A DNA stretch of 60,706 nt, filler included. It is 5 parts of 5 records of this genome, joined end to end, with 100 filler letters (N's around TTAATTAATTAA, not from the genome) between each part and the next. Parts side by side here need not be neighbours in the genome. Positions count along the whole stretch, not along the records: positions 1 to 21,799 come from SRR31156797_2337; positions 21,900 to 34,863 come from SRR31156797_2341; 3 more parts are not named here. One strand, given 5' to 3'. The notes under the pieces are model-generated. The model searched no databases. It saw only the letters and a list, made by a program, of their open reading frames with translations, and was not told where the DNA came from. A program made the translations under genes and the position numbers. Below, in pieces: positions 19,213-29,087 of the stretch; positions within the stretch are counted from its first letter, which is position 1, and each line of letters starts with the position of its first letter.

Positions 19213-21799
19213 TTACTTCATACTAGCAATGCGATCTTCCAAAACTTTAATTTTAGCTTCAGCATCAGCCATTTTCTTTTTCTCAATCTCGATTACTTTA
19301 GCTGGAGCATTGTTTACAAAACGCTCGTTGCTCATTTTCTTCTGAACTGATTTTAAGAACCCTTGAGTGTATTTCAACTCATCTTCCATCTTCTTGATCT
19401 CTTCTTCAACGTTAACCAAATCGCCAAGAGGAATGAAATACTCAATTGCATTTACAATGAACGACATTGCACCAGCCATTTCACCATTTGCAGTTGAGAT
19501 TTCTTTCAGGTTACACATTTTAGCCACAACACAATCGAAAGAAGCATCGTAATTATCTCCTTTTGCTTTATAGTTCATTTCTAAAACTTCCTTAAAGGCA
19601 ATGTTCTTCTGCTTACGGATGTTACGAACAGCTACAATCACTTCTTTTACCTGCTCAAACTTCACTAATAAATTAGCATCGTATGAATCTGGCTTAGGCA
19701 TAACTGAAACCATGATACTATCCTCATCAGAACGATCGGCAAGCAATTGCCAGATTTCCTCTGTTAAGAAAGGCATGAACGGGTGTAGCAACTGCATCAA
19801 CTTCTCGAAAAGAGCAACAGTTGAATCGAAGGTTTTCTTATCGATAGGCTGCTGATAAGCTGGCTTCACCATTTCTAAATACCATGATGAGAATTCATCG
19901 CGGAATAAAGTATAAACAGTCATTAAAGCCTCGCTGATACGATATTGCTTGAACTGCTCATCCAATTGCTCCATTGTGTTATTCAAACGAGCATGGAATA
20001 CTTCAGTTGCAATTCGTGCATATTCTGGTTGCTCGATATCGGCAACTTCCCAACCTTTCACCAAACGGAAAGCATTCCAAATCTTAGTTGTAAAGTTACG
20101 TCCCTGCTCAGGTAAGTTCTCGTTGAAAAGCAAGTCTCCACCAGCTGGCGAACACAATAACATACCTACACGAACACCATCAGCACCATATTTTGCAATT
20201 AGATCTAATGGATCTGGCGAGTTTCCTAATGACTTAGACATCTTACGTCCAATCTCATCACGAACAATACCAGTCAAATAAACGTTAGAAAATGGTTTTT
20301 CACCTCTGTATTCATATCCTGCAATTACCATACGAGCAATCCAAAAGAATAGAATATCTGGTCCTGAAACCAAATCGTTAGTTGGGTAATAGTATTTGAT
20401 CTCCTCGTTTTCAGGATTACGAATACCATCAAATACAGAAAGAGGCCACAACCATGACGAGAACCAAGTATCTAGTACATCCTCATCTTGACGTAAATCT
20501 TCTGCTTTATATGATTTTCCTGTTTTAGCAGTAGCTGCAACAAGAGCTTCTTCAATAGTTTTAGCCACTACATAACCACCTTCTGGTAAATAGTAAACAG
20601 GAATACGCTGTCCCCACCATAGCTGACGAGAAATACACCAGTCTTTTACATTTTCCATCCAGTGACGGTAAGTGTTCTTGAACTTAGCCGGGTGCAACTG
20701 AATATCGTCATTCATTACGTGCTCCAAAGCTGGCTCAGCCAATTCCTTCATATTTAGGAACCACTGCATACTTAACTTAGGCTCAATAACAGCATCCGTT
20801 CTTTCCGAGAAACCTACTTTGTTCACATAGTCTTCAATCTTAACCATGTTTCCAGCTTTCTCAAGATCTGGAAGAATCAAGTCACGAACTTCGAAACGAT
20901 CTTTACCAATATAAAGCTGTGCAGCTTCACTCATGGTTCCATTATCGTTGAAAATATCAATCGACTCAAGATTATGACGATCACCAATTTCGTAGTCATG
21001 AATATCGTGAGCAGGTGTAATTTTTAAAGCACCAGTACCAAACTCCATATCTACGTACTCATCCTCGATAATAGGAATAGAACGATTCACCAAAGGAACG
21101 ATACAACGCTTGCCTCTTAAATGTGCAAAACGCTCATCTTTTGGGTTGATACAAACTGCAGTATCACCTAAAATTGTTTCAGGACGAGTTGTTGCAATCG
21201 TAATATAATCCTCAGTACCTTCAACCTGATATCTTAGATAGTAAAGTTTTGATTGTAGTTCTTTGTGAATAACCTCCTCATCAGAAACAGCTGTTTGTGC
21301 AGATGGATCCCAGTTCACCATACGAACACCACGATAGATTTTATCTTTATTATACAGATCGATAAATACATCGATTACTGAATCGTAAAGAGATTCATCC
21401 ATTGTAAAAGCAGTACGCTCCCAATCGCAAGATGCACCTAATTTCTTTAGCTGCTCTAAAATGATACCACCGTGCTTCTCTTTCCATTCCCAGGCATGCT
21501 CCATAAACTCATCGCGAGTAATGTCATCCTTAGAAATACCTTCTTCTCTAAGTTTGTTTACAACCTTAGCTTCTGTAGCAATTGATGCATGATCGGTTCC
21601 TGGTACCCAACAGACATTCTTTCCCTGCAATCTGGCTCTGCGGACCAATACATCTTGAATTGTATTGTTTAGCATATGCCCCATGTGTAACACACCGGTG
21701 ACGTTTGGTGGCGGAATTACAATTGTATACGCCTCTCTCTCGTCTGGTACTGAGTGGAAGAATCCTTTATCCATCCAATACTTATACCACTTGTCCTCC
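19213..21799 (-). CDS. valS: Valine--tRNA ligase, 5' end cut by the contig end
   Basis: PPPNVTG.LHMGH (HIGH) and KMSKS motifs, C-terminal coiled coil; the frame is open to the gap ([10 protein letters not shown]). Confidence 0.97.
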
Positions 21800-21899
21800 N
21801 NNNNNNNNNNNNNNNNNNNNNNNNNNNNNNNNNNNNNNNNNNNTTAATTAATTAANNNNNNNNNNNNNNNNNNNNNNNNNNNNNNNNNNNNNNNNNNNN
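21800..21899. other. Artificial contig-joining spacer (N44-TTAATTAATTAA-N44)
   Basis: Identical 100-nt spacer with stops in all six frames; base composition changes abruptly across it. Confidence 0.97.
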
Positions 21900-22133
21900 C
21901 GGCGAAATTCCGCAGGCCTTCAAGGACAGATAAAGGGCATCGGAACCCGATCCGACACCAACGCAAAAGCGTGTTCCGCAATCCTCGGCCACCGCCTGTT
22001 CAAAGGCCTCGACCTCGGGGCCGAGCAGAAGCTGACCATGCGCAAGGACCCGCTCGACGGCTTCCATCAGTTCGTGCCGGACGGTTTCGTCCGACACACT
22101 CAGATCCCGAAACCTGATCCGACGGGATGACAT
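21900..22133 (-). CDS. DegT/DnrJ/EryC1/StrS sugar aminotransferase, N-terminal fragment
   Basis: LLGPEVEAFE...VGVGSGSDALYLSLKA pattern; truncated at the gap. Confidence 0.85.
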
Positions 22134-22318
22134 CTATTCAACTTTTCCCCGGCCCGGCGGAGTAATGCCGAACGCATTTTTTTGCCCGTGCGCTTCACTT
22201 GGCCGCGATGAGGATGGATTTTCCCTGGATTTGTGGCCAAGGGGCGCCGCCACGATAGCGCGAAGAACGAAGTCGCTTCAATAAGGCTGTTTGTTTGCAA
22301 TTTCCGTCGACAGTGAAA

Positions 22319-23383
22319 TCAGACGAACGAGGCATGCCCGTCATCGACCGTGAGGAACTCATTGATAACGAGATTTTTCTGATGGGCGACACAATGATGT
22401 TTGCAGTCGACCGAAGGATTGATTTCAAGCAGTCGCCGGTGATTGTCTTCGGAGAACCAAAACTCTTTGAAACTGCGATCCTTGATCGAACCGAGAATAC
22501 CCGATTTCGTGTAAGCCTTGTCCTGACAGGAGTAAACTTGGCAATCGGCGCCGATCACGGTCAGGAACTGCAAGAACGGACATCGATCATAGGATTTGTC
22601 GAACCTTTCTTCCATGCGATGGAACTGATCGACAATCGAAAAGCCGTTTCCGGTCAGCGTCTTGGCCCGCTCGATCTGACGACGGACTTCCCCGTCTATT
22701 TCGCCGTGATAGCTGTTGTTGGTCTCGGCATCGTTGCCGGTAACGACGCCGTAAAGCTTGATGTGATGGACACCGGCGTCGTGCATCATCGAGCATACGT
22801 CGTAGATATGCCGGTGGTTGTCGCGCGAGATGACGAAACTGATACCCAGAACGCAATCCGTATCGCGTGCGGTAAACTCGCGAATATTCCGGATGACCCG
22901 CGTGAATTCCCCATCCTTGATGCCGCGGGCCTTGGCGTAACTGGCGTCATCCCATCCGTCGGTTGAAATCCGAACCCATGTCCCGTATTCGGCGAACGCG
23001 TCGGCCATGTTGTTGGTCAAATTGACGCCGTTGGTAAGGGTCGCCACCTTGATGCCGGACTTCGCCAACCGTTCGACGACCCGGGGGAGAGGCCGATAAA
23101 TCAGCGGTTCGCCACCGCCCGAAAATGTTATCGCCTGAACGCCCATGTCGATGACGTCATCGACGATCTCGAACATCTTTTCTTCGGGAATTGCATCGGC
23201 CAGGTCCATGTTTTCGCCCAACACAAGGTCGCTGACGCGGTAACAGCAATACCAACAGTCGTGATTGCATCGGTTGATCGGTTTAATGCGGATGTGAACC
23301 GGCGCCACGACGCCCTGTTCCTTGAGGGCGTCAAGATGGTCGCGATACCGAAGGAATTTCAGGCTGCTGTATACGTTTCCCAT
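22319..23383 (-). CDS. Radical SAM protein with SPASM/twitch domain
   Basis: CNHDCWYC (CxxxCxxC), FSGGGEP, C-terminal CPF...VYSC...CKHHC. Confidence 0.9.
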   Translation of the reverse strand: MGNVYSSLKFLRYRDHLDALKEQGVVAPVHIRIKPINRCNHDCWYCCYRVSDLVLGENMDLADAIPEEKMFEIVDDVIDMGVQAITFSGGGEPLIYRPLPRVVERLAKSGIKVATLTNGVNLTNNMADAFAEYGTWVRISTDGWDDASYAKARGIKDGEFTRVIRNIREFTARDTDCVLGISFVISRDNHRHIYDVCSMMHDAGVHHIKLYGVVTGNDAETNNSYHGEIDGEVRRQIERAKTLTGNGFSIVDQFHRMEERFDKSYDRCPFLQFLTVIGADCQVYSCQDKAYTKSGILGSIKDRSFKEFWFSEDNHRRLLEINPSVDCKHHCVAHQKNLVINEFLTVDDGHASFV

Positions 23384-23598
23384 GCAATATCCTCGGGCGA
23401 CCCTCGATTTCTGTCATATTGGTTGCACTGGGTCAGCATGCAAACCAAGCGGCAATTGAGCGGCAAAACTTTCTATAATTTCTTAATAACGCGCCGGTTG
23501 CCAAAACTTGGCGCCATCCCTGTCCGGGTTCGGCTATTTTGATACGGTTTCGCCGGCCGAACCAACGGCAATTCGAACATGCACGGGCGGAGTTGTTC

Positions 23599-24165
23599 TT
23601 ACAACGCTTCGAATAGCGAGGTCATTTTATTCATATATTCGGCCATTCCCGCGGCGTCCGACTCAAGGGGAGCCCAGTCGGCGTAAATGTTGTCGCTCTG
23701 ACCGTTGAACGGTCCGGCCTTGTTTTCGTGAAAAATGATGAAATCGCTCAATGGAATGATGCTGTGGTATGCGCCCTCGGCTACCCTGAAGACTTCACCC
23801 GGTTTGAGCAATGAAACTGTTTCGACTCCGCCGGCGTGGTCAAAGCAAGCAATGCCCAAAAGGCCGGACATCATATGAAACGCTTCGCCTTTTCCTTCAT
23901 GGCGATGCGGCCGTACATAGGTGCCCCGGCGTTGCAGGACGATCATGTCATGGTGTGTGGCATCCGGCCCCTCGTGAAGCGATAACCGCACGTTGACGTT
24001 ACCGCGCTCGATGGATATCCGCTTTAGTTCCGCAACCAGATCCTCATCCACTCTCACGGGAAGCCGTTTGCAGAAATATGATAAGGACCGAGCGTTCGGG
24101 TCTTCGCGGAACAGCCCGCTTTCAGGGTCCGCGATCAAAGAACGACTATCAGTTCTCGTTATCAT
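23599..24165 (-). CDS. WbuC-family cupin-fold metalloprotein
   Basis: RLSLH, GTYVRPHRH..K.E, YHS, HENKAGPF and ADWAP motifs. Confidence 0.8.
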   Translation of the reverse strand: MITRTDSRSLIADPESGLFREDPNARSLSYFCKRLPVRVDEDLVAELKRISIERGNVNVRLSLHEGPDATHHDMIVLQRRGTYVRPHRHEGKGEAFHMMSGLLGIACFDHAGGVETVSLLKPGEVFRVAEGAYHSIIPLSDFIIFHENKAGPFNGQSDNIYADWAPLESDAAGMAEYMNKMTSLFEAL

Positions 24166-24263
24166 CCGATCATCATCGCCTATTCCGGTTAACTAAGTCT
24201 TGGTATTCCAAAGCCTAAAGTCCATCTTTATCAGCAACAACGGCACCGGAGCTCGGTTTTTTT

Positions 24264-25370
24264 ATGACGAAATACTCGCCGGTGACATATGACGCCGCCG
24301 TCATCCCGGAGGCCAACGATTATCCCGTCATGCTGGATGTCGAACTCAGCGCCAAGTGCAATCTGCGCTGCAGCTTTTGCCATCTCAACTGGTTTACGCT
24401 TGAAAAAATCGATCAATTCGACGTCGCGATGTTCGAAACGCACATCGTGCCGGCTTTGTCGCGAATCAAAGCCTTGACCCTGTTTCGGAATTACGAGCCT
24501 CTGACCTGCCGCGATTTTGTGCCGATCATGCGCCGCATTGCCGAATTCGAGCTGGAAGAAACCTATTTCTCGTCGAACGGCCTGCTTTTGCGCCAGGACA
24601 ACACTGACGCCATCGTCGGCAACCTGACCTATCTGACCATATCGGTGAACGGGTTCACCCGTGAAAGCTATCACGCCAACATGGGAATCGATGGACTCGA
24701 CAAGGTGAAAGAAAAAATCGCCCGTCTGAACGCTCTTAAAAAGGAACGCGGCACGCGATTTCCGATCCTTCGCTTTTCGGTCGTCGGCAAACAGGATGCC
24801 CTGACCGAACTGCGTCAGGCAATCGATTTCGCCGATGAATTCGAGGCCGAAGAGGGGATTCGTCTGATCCCGTTCCAGACCATGGACGATTCGCAGGAAG
24901 ACCAACGCCCCGTTGCCGACCGCTCGTCCTATGACTGGGCAACCGATGACGCCGCCGAATACGCCGAAAAAAAAGGCGTCAAACTGGCGCTCATGGCCGG
25001 CGATTTCGACGAAAACGAAGCCGAAACCGAACGTCTCGGCCACCGGTTTTGCCGGATTCCGTGGAATCGCCTGTCGATCGATCCGAACGGCGATGTCTTT
25101 CCCTGCAACGTCGCCAATGAAGTGATCGGCAACCTGTTCGAAGAAAACATTGAACGGATTTGGCACGGCCCCCGCATGCAGTCCTTCCGCGAAGGCGTCA
25201 ATAATCCCGATGCCATGAACAAGGATTGCCGGAATTGCCCGCACTGCCGCCTGGGATCGATGACCCAGGACGATGCCACCAACTTCAACAAATCCGACTA
25301 CTACATCGGCGGCCTGAAACGTTTTCATGAAGGCCCGGCACGCAAGGTACGCGGCAAGGCGTCGACCTGA
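24264..25370 (+). CDS. Radical SAM protein with SPASM domain
   Basis: CNLRCSFC; CRIPW...GDVFPC...IGNL..IW...CRNCPHC. Confidence 0.9.
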   Translation: MTKYSPVTYDAAVIPEANDYPVMLDVELSAKCNLRCSFCHLNWFTLEKIDQFDVAMFETHIVPALSRIKALTLFRNYEPLTCRDFVPIMRRIAEFELEETYFSSNGLLLRQDNTDAIVGNLTYLTISVNGFTRESYHANMGIDGLDKVKEKIARLNALKKERGTRFPILRFSVVGKQDALTELRQAIDFADEFEAEEGIRLIPFQTMDDSQEDQRPVADRSSYDWATDDAAEYAEKKGVKLALMAGDFDENEAETERLGHRFCRIPWNRLSIDPNGDVFPCNVANEVIGNLFEENIERIWHGPRMQSFREGVNNPDAMNKDCRNCPHCRLGSMTQDDATNFNKSDYYIGGLKRFHEGPARKVRGKAST

Positions 25371-25388
25371 TCCGGTCGTCTGTTTTCT

Positions 25389-26147
25389 TTAATTCCAGCC
25401 GCCGTGCACCGGCAGCACGCAGCCGGTGGCAAATTCAGCCTGTGCCGAAGCCAGCAACAAGACAAAAGGCGTGATGTCGTCGCTTGTTCCCAGACGGCCG
25501 ATCGGCTGCCGGGCATCGAGCACGTTCTGCACGATCTGTGGCGCCTCGCGGCTGCGAACGTCCCAGACATTGCCATAGGCCGATATAGCACCTGGCATAA
25601 CCGCCGAAGCGACAATCCCGGTTCCGGCCAGGTCACGGCCCAATGCCGTCACATAGGCGTTGAGATACGCCTTGGCTGCGGCAAAGGGCACACTACCGCG
25701 CAAATCGAGCGCCGCCGGCGACGAGATGTGAACCAGCCGCCCCGATTGCCGCTCCCGCATGCCGGGAAGCACGGCGTTGTTGATATCGACGGCAACGCCG
25801 ACGTTGAGTTGCCAAACCCGGGCCCAGTCGGCTGACGGGGAATCGAGGTCGCGGATTCCCAGCGTCCCACCCAGATTGTTGATCACGACGTCAAACGGAC
25901 CGCCGTCGGCCGACAGTTCCGCGACACAGGCGGCCGGCGCCCCTTCTTCCATCAGATCGATCACCATACGGGCGTGGCCGGCTTCTTTGCCGCCCATCTC
26001 GTCGACAAGGGATTCAAGCTCGGAAGCGCGGCGGGCGGTGACGGCGACACGGGCGCTCTCTCCTGCAAAGGCCAACGCGATGCCGCGGCCGATGCCCTGC
26101 GAGCATCCGGTCACCAGGACGCGCTTTCCGGCAAGGTCCAGATCCAT
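25389..26147 (-). CDS. SDR-family oxidoreductase (YxxxK appears as FxxxK)
   Basis: TGCSQGIG Rossmann motif, INNLGG, VPFAAAK, terminal TG..LPVHGG. Confidence 0.85.
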   Translation of the reverse strand: MDLDLAGKRVLVTGCSQGIGRGIALAFAGESARVAVTARRASELESLVDEMGGKEAGHARMVIDLMEEGAPAACVAELSADGGPFDVVINNLGGTLGIRDLDSPSADWARVWQLNVGVAVDINNAVLPGMRERQSGRLVHISSPAALDLRGSVPFAAAKAYLNAYVTALGRDLAGTGIVASAVMPGAISAYGNVWDVRSREAPQIVQNVLDARQPIGRLGTSDDITPFVLLLASAQAEFATGCVLPVHGGWN

Positions 26148-27446
26148 CTATTCCCCCCAATTCTCGGCGGTCTTCTTGAAAACCTGAACGACCGCATCGA
26201 CCACCCGATCCGCCTCGTCGAATGTCAGAATGAATGGCGGCGAAAACGAAACACGGTGCCACTTGGCACTGATCAGGATGCCGTGTTCGTTCATCATCGT
26301 CTGAAAAAGCGTTTCCCCGAACTTGGGCATGCGCGGGCATTTGTATTCCAGCGAAAACAGGCTGCCGCGCCCGCGAATTTCACGGAAAAACGGATGATCG
26401 CCCAAGCCGTCGGCAAGGCGTTTTCGCATGTGCAAACCCAGGGCGTTGACGTGATCCAGCGTTTCCGGGCGATGCACGACCTTCTGCACCGCCAACGCCG
26501 CCGCGACGCCCAGCGAAAACCCCTGGAAGGTATGGCCGATCTGTACCCGACCCTGGCCCGCCGCGATGACATCCTGGAACTTGCTTTTGGTCAGCACCGC
26601 ATTCAGCGGCACATAGCCGGCGGCCAGCGTTTTGCCGAGACAAAGAAAATCCGGCGTAACGCCGTCCCAGGAACAGCAATAGATCTTGCCGCTTCGGCCC
26701 AGCCCGCAATAGACCTCGTCCAGGATCAAATGCACGTCGTGGCGGTCACAGACCTCGCGCACGTATTTCCAGTATCCGGGTGCCGGCGGCACATCGCCGA
26801 CCAGGCCGCCCATGATGGTTTCGCCGATAAAGGCGCAAACCTTGTCGGCCCCGATCTCAAGGATCTTGTCCTCGAGTTCCTTGGCCGAGCGCCGTGCATA
26901 GTCGTCCGGGCTTTCCCCCGGACGCATTTCATGAAGCGGATGATGTTGCGAAATGCGGGCCCGGTTCGCCGGCAGCAACGGATTGAAGAATTCGAAGATG
27001 TCCTTTTCCGAAACCGCCAGGCTGTGAAGGGTGGAACCATGGAACCCCTGTTTGCGGGATATGAACCATGTTTTTTCCCTCTTGCCCGCGTCGTGGTGCG
27101 CCTGATAGCTGAGCTTGAGGGCCGCCTCGATGGACTCGCTTCCCGAACACCCCGCGAAATAAACCTTGTCCAGCCCTTTCGGCGCCTGCGAAACCAACAG
27201 TTCCGACAGTTCATCCAGCTCGTGGGTGCGCCAGGAATTGTAGTCCATATGGGTGAAGCGCTTCATTTGCGCTTCCATGGCGCTCAAGACCTCGGGGTGG
27301 GAAAAACCCAAAATCGCGTGCGAGCACGTTCCGGCCGTGACATCCAACAATTTGCGGCCGTCTTCCGTGAAGATGTAGGCGCCTTCGGCCCGCGACACAT
27401 AGGGCGGCGCCGGGTGATTCGGGAATTTTTCAAGAATGCGGCTCAT
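26148..27446 (-). CDS. Class III PLP-dependent aminotransferase; start revised to ATG at 27446
   Basis: FHGST, LILDEVYCGLGRSG, PDFLCLGKTLAAGY, GHTF motifs. Confidence 0.9.
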   Translation of the reverse strand: MSRILEKFPNHPAPPYVSRAEGAYIFTEDGRKLLDVTAGTCSHAILGFSHPEVLSAMEAQMKRFTHMDYNSWRTHELDELSELLVSQAPKGLDKVYFAGCSGSESIEAALKLSYQAHHDAGKREKTWFISRKQGFHGSTLHSLAVSEKDIFEFFNPLLPANRARISQHHPLHEMRPGESPDDYARRSAKELEDKILEIGADKVCAFIGETIMGGLVGDVPPAPGYWKYVREVCDRHDVHLILDEVYCGLGRSGKIYCCSWDGVTPDFLCLGKTLAAGYVPLNAVLTKSKFQDVIAAGQGRVQIGHTFQGFSLGVAAALAVQKVVHRPETLDHVNALGLHMRKRLADGLGDHPFFREIRGRGSLFSLEYKCPRMPKFGETLFQTMMNEHGILISAKWHRVSFSPPFILTFDEADRVVDAVVQVFKKTAENWGE

Positions 27447-27542
27447 GGGCGTTTCGTCCTTCTGGGCTTCGACAACGCAGTCATGAAAACCTTCTGGCTT
27501 CCGGCCATAACCTAGCATGCCGCTCCGCCGTGGCCAAAGCTC

Positions 27543-29087
27543 CTAAGCCGTATCGGGATCGGCCAGAAGTTCCGGATGAGCCTTCAGGAAAGCGCGCGAC
27601 ACCCGCGGCGAGAAGCCGAAACCGAAGATATCGACTCGGGAAGCAAATTTTTTCTGAAGTTGCTCGTCCTCTTCCGAATAGCAAGCCGTGCCTTCCAAAC
27701 GGTCCAGCATTTCCTCGACGGTCGCCCGAATTTCATCGGCACTGTTGTCGATGACCTCCAATCCGCGATCTTCATAGAAGGCCGAAAAAATCTGTGCAAA
27801 AACCGGCGTTTTTGCAATCTCGGCCCAGGAAAGGTTTCGATCCTCGTCTTTTTTGTACAGCAGCTTATGTGCCAGCAAGACGTCCCGCGAGTGCGGCCAG
27901 GACCACATGGGAAAGGAGTTGGTCAAGGCGATGGGCACACCAAAAGCATGGGAGACGCGTTGCGGCCCCGAAGTCGTGCCGAAATAAAACCTGGCCGCCG
28001 CCATGCAGTATATGTCGAGCCAATCGCTCTTGGCTTCGCAATGGGCATAATCGATGACGTTCGGCATATCGGGTAGACGAGTCATCGTTGGATCGCCGAT
28101 GCGAACGACCCAGCCGCCCCGGCCGGTCACTGCTTCGATGGCGGCGAAATAATCATCCACTCGACCATTGCGATGGCGGTTGTGGCTCCATTCAACGCCT
28201 TCGCTATGGAAACCTGAATCGCGCACCTGCAAACAGGCAAACCAAGCGCCATCGGGAAGCCCAAGCTTGCAAAGCGCGGCCTCGCCTTTCCTTCGATGAT
28301 CGTCTTTGAGCGTCAGCAGGGGCGGCCGCCCCTCGGCCTCCCAGCGCGGCTGCACGACCCAGCAGGCAATATCGCGATTCAAGGTCAGTCCGTCTGAAAC
28401 CGTCAGAAAATCCAGATTATAGCGGCGCTCGACGAGCCAATCCTCGGCATGCCTGATTTCCGCCGGGTCCGACAGTATTTCGATATGATCCCGCCAATAA
28501 TCCAACAGGCACGGATTGACAACATATTCGGCGGGCGCCAGAAGGATGGCGCGAAAATCCTCGATCAGCCCCAGTTTGCGCGCCTTGACGAACAAATCCA
28601 GTTTGTGAATGGCCTCGCCGATATGGGTACAGACCACCTTGTTCGGAACCAACAGCCTTGTGTCGGGTTCACCCCTTTCCGCAGCCAATTTCTTGGCTCT
28701 TACCGATGCCATATCAACCGACGAGCCGAACAGGCCGGAAGCCCGTTCGAGGTCGCCCATATAAAAACTCAAATAGCCGAGCTCGAGCGCTATTTCCTCG
28801 GGATGCCAGCCGATCAGACTGGAGAATATCTCCCAGGCCTCCTGAAATTCACCTTTCAACGTGCAAATCTGTGCCAGGCGAAACAGCAACGGCGGCCGCT
28901 CGTCTTCCCGGACGTTGAGGCTAAGCGCCTTCCTTAAATAGGGTTCCGCCAACAGGACGAAATTCTTCCGGGTCGAACAGTAAAGGCCCATATCCCGGTT
29001 CGCCACATAGCCGTCGGGATCTGCCTCGACGGCTTTCCAAAGCCGGGTGCGTGTGGCCAAACCGACAACTTCGTCATTTTCGCTCAT
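27543..29087 (-). CDS. TIGR04372-family putative glycosyltransferase with N-terminal TPR (copy 1)
   Basis: FACLQVRDSGFH...RNG..DY..AI.....GGWVVRIGDP.M..LP....VIDY...FGTTSGP...DNS.DEI. Confidence 0.8.
   Translation of the reverse strand: MSENDEVVGLATRTRLWKAVEADPDGYVANRDMGLYCSTRKNFVLLAEPYLRKALSLNVREDERPPLLFRLAQICTLKGEFQEAWEIFSSLIGWHPEEIALELGYLSFYMGDLERASGLFGSSVDMASVRAKKLAAERGEPDTRLLVPNKVVCTHIGEAIHKLDLFVKARKLGLIEDFRAILLAPAEYVVNPCLLDYWRDHIEILSDPAEIRHAEDWLVERRYNLDFLTVSDGLTLNRDIACWVVQPRWEAEGRPPLLTLKDDHRRKGEAALCKLGLPDGAWFACLQVRDSGFHSEGVEWSHNRHRNGRVDDYFAAIEAVTGRGGWVVRIGDPTMTRLPDMPNVIDYAHCEAKSDWLDIYCMAAARFYFGTTSGPQRVSHAFGVPIALTNSFPMWSWPHSRDVLLAHKLLYKKDEDRNLSWAEIAKTPVFAQIFSAFYEDRGLEVIDNSADEIRATVEEMLDRLEGTACYSEEDEQLQKKFASRVDIFGFGFSPRVSRAFLKAHPELLADPDTA

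Noticed and set aside
21844-21855. TTAATTAATTAA as a biological repeat or att site (also in the other three gaps)
   Set aside because: Always centred in N44 runs and gives stops in six frames: an assembly/concatenation linker
22319-25370. RiPP (radical SAM peptide-maturase) cluster
   Set aside because: No precursor peptide, RRE domain, peptidase or exporter seen; the neighbours are sugar-modifying enzymes
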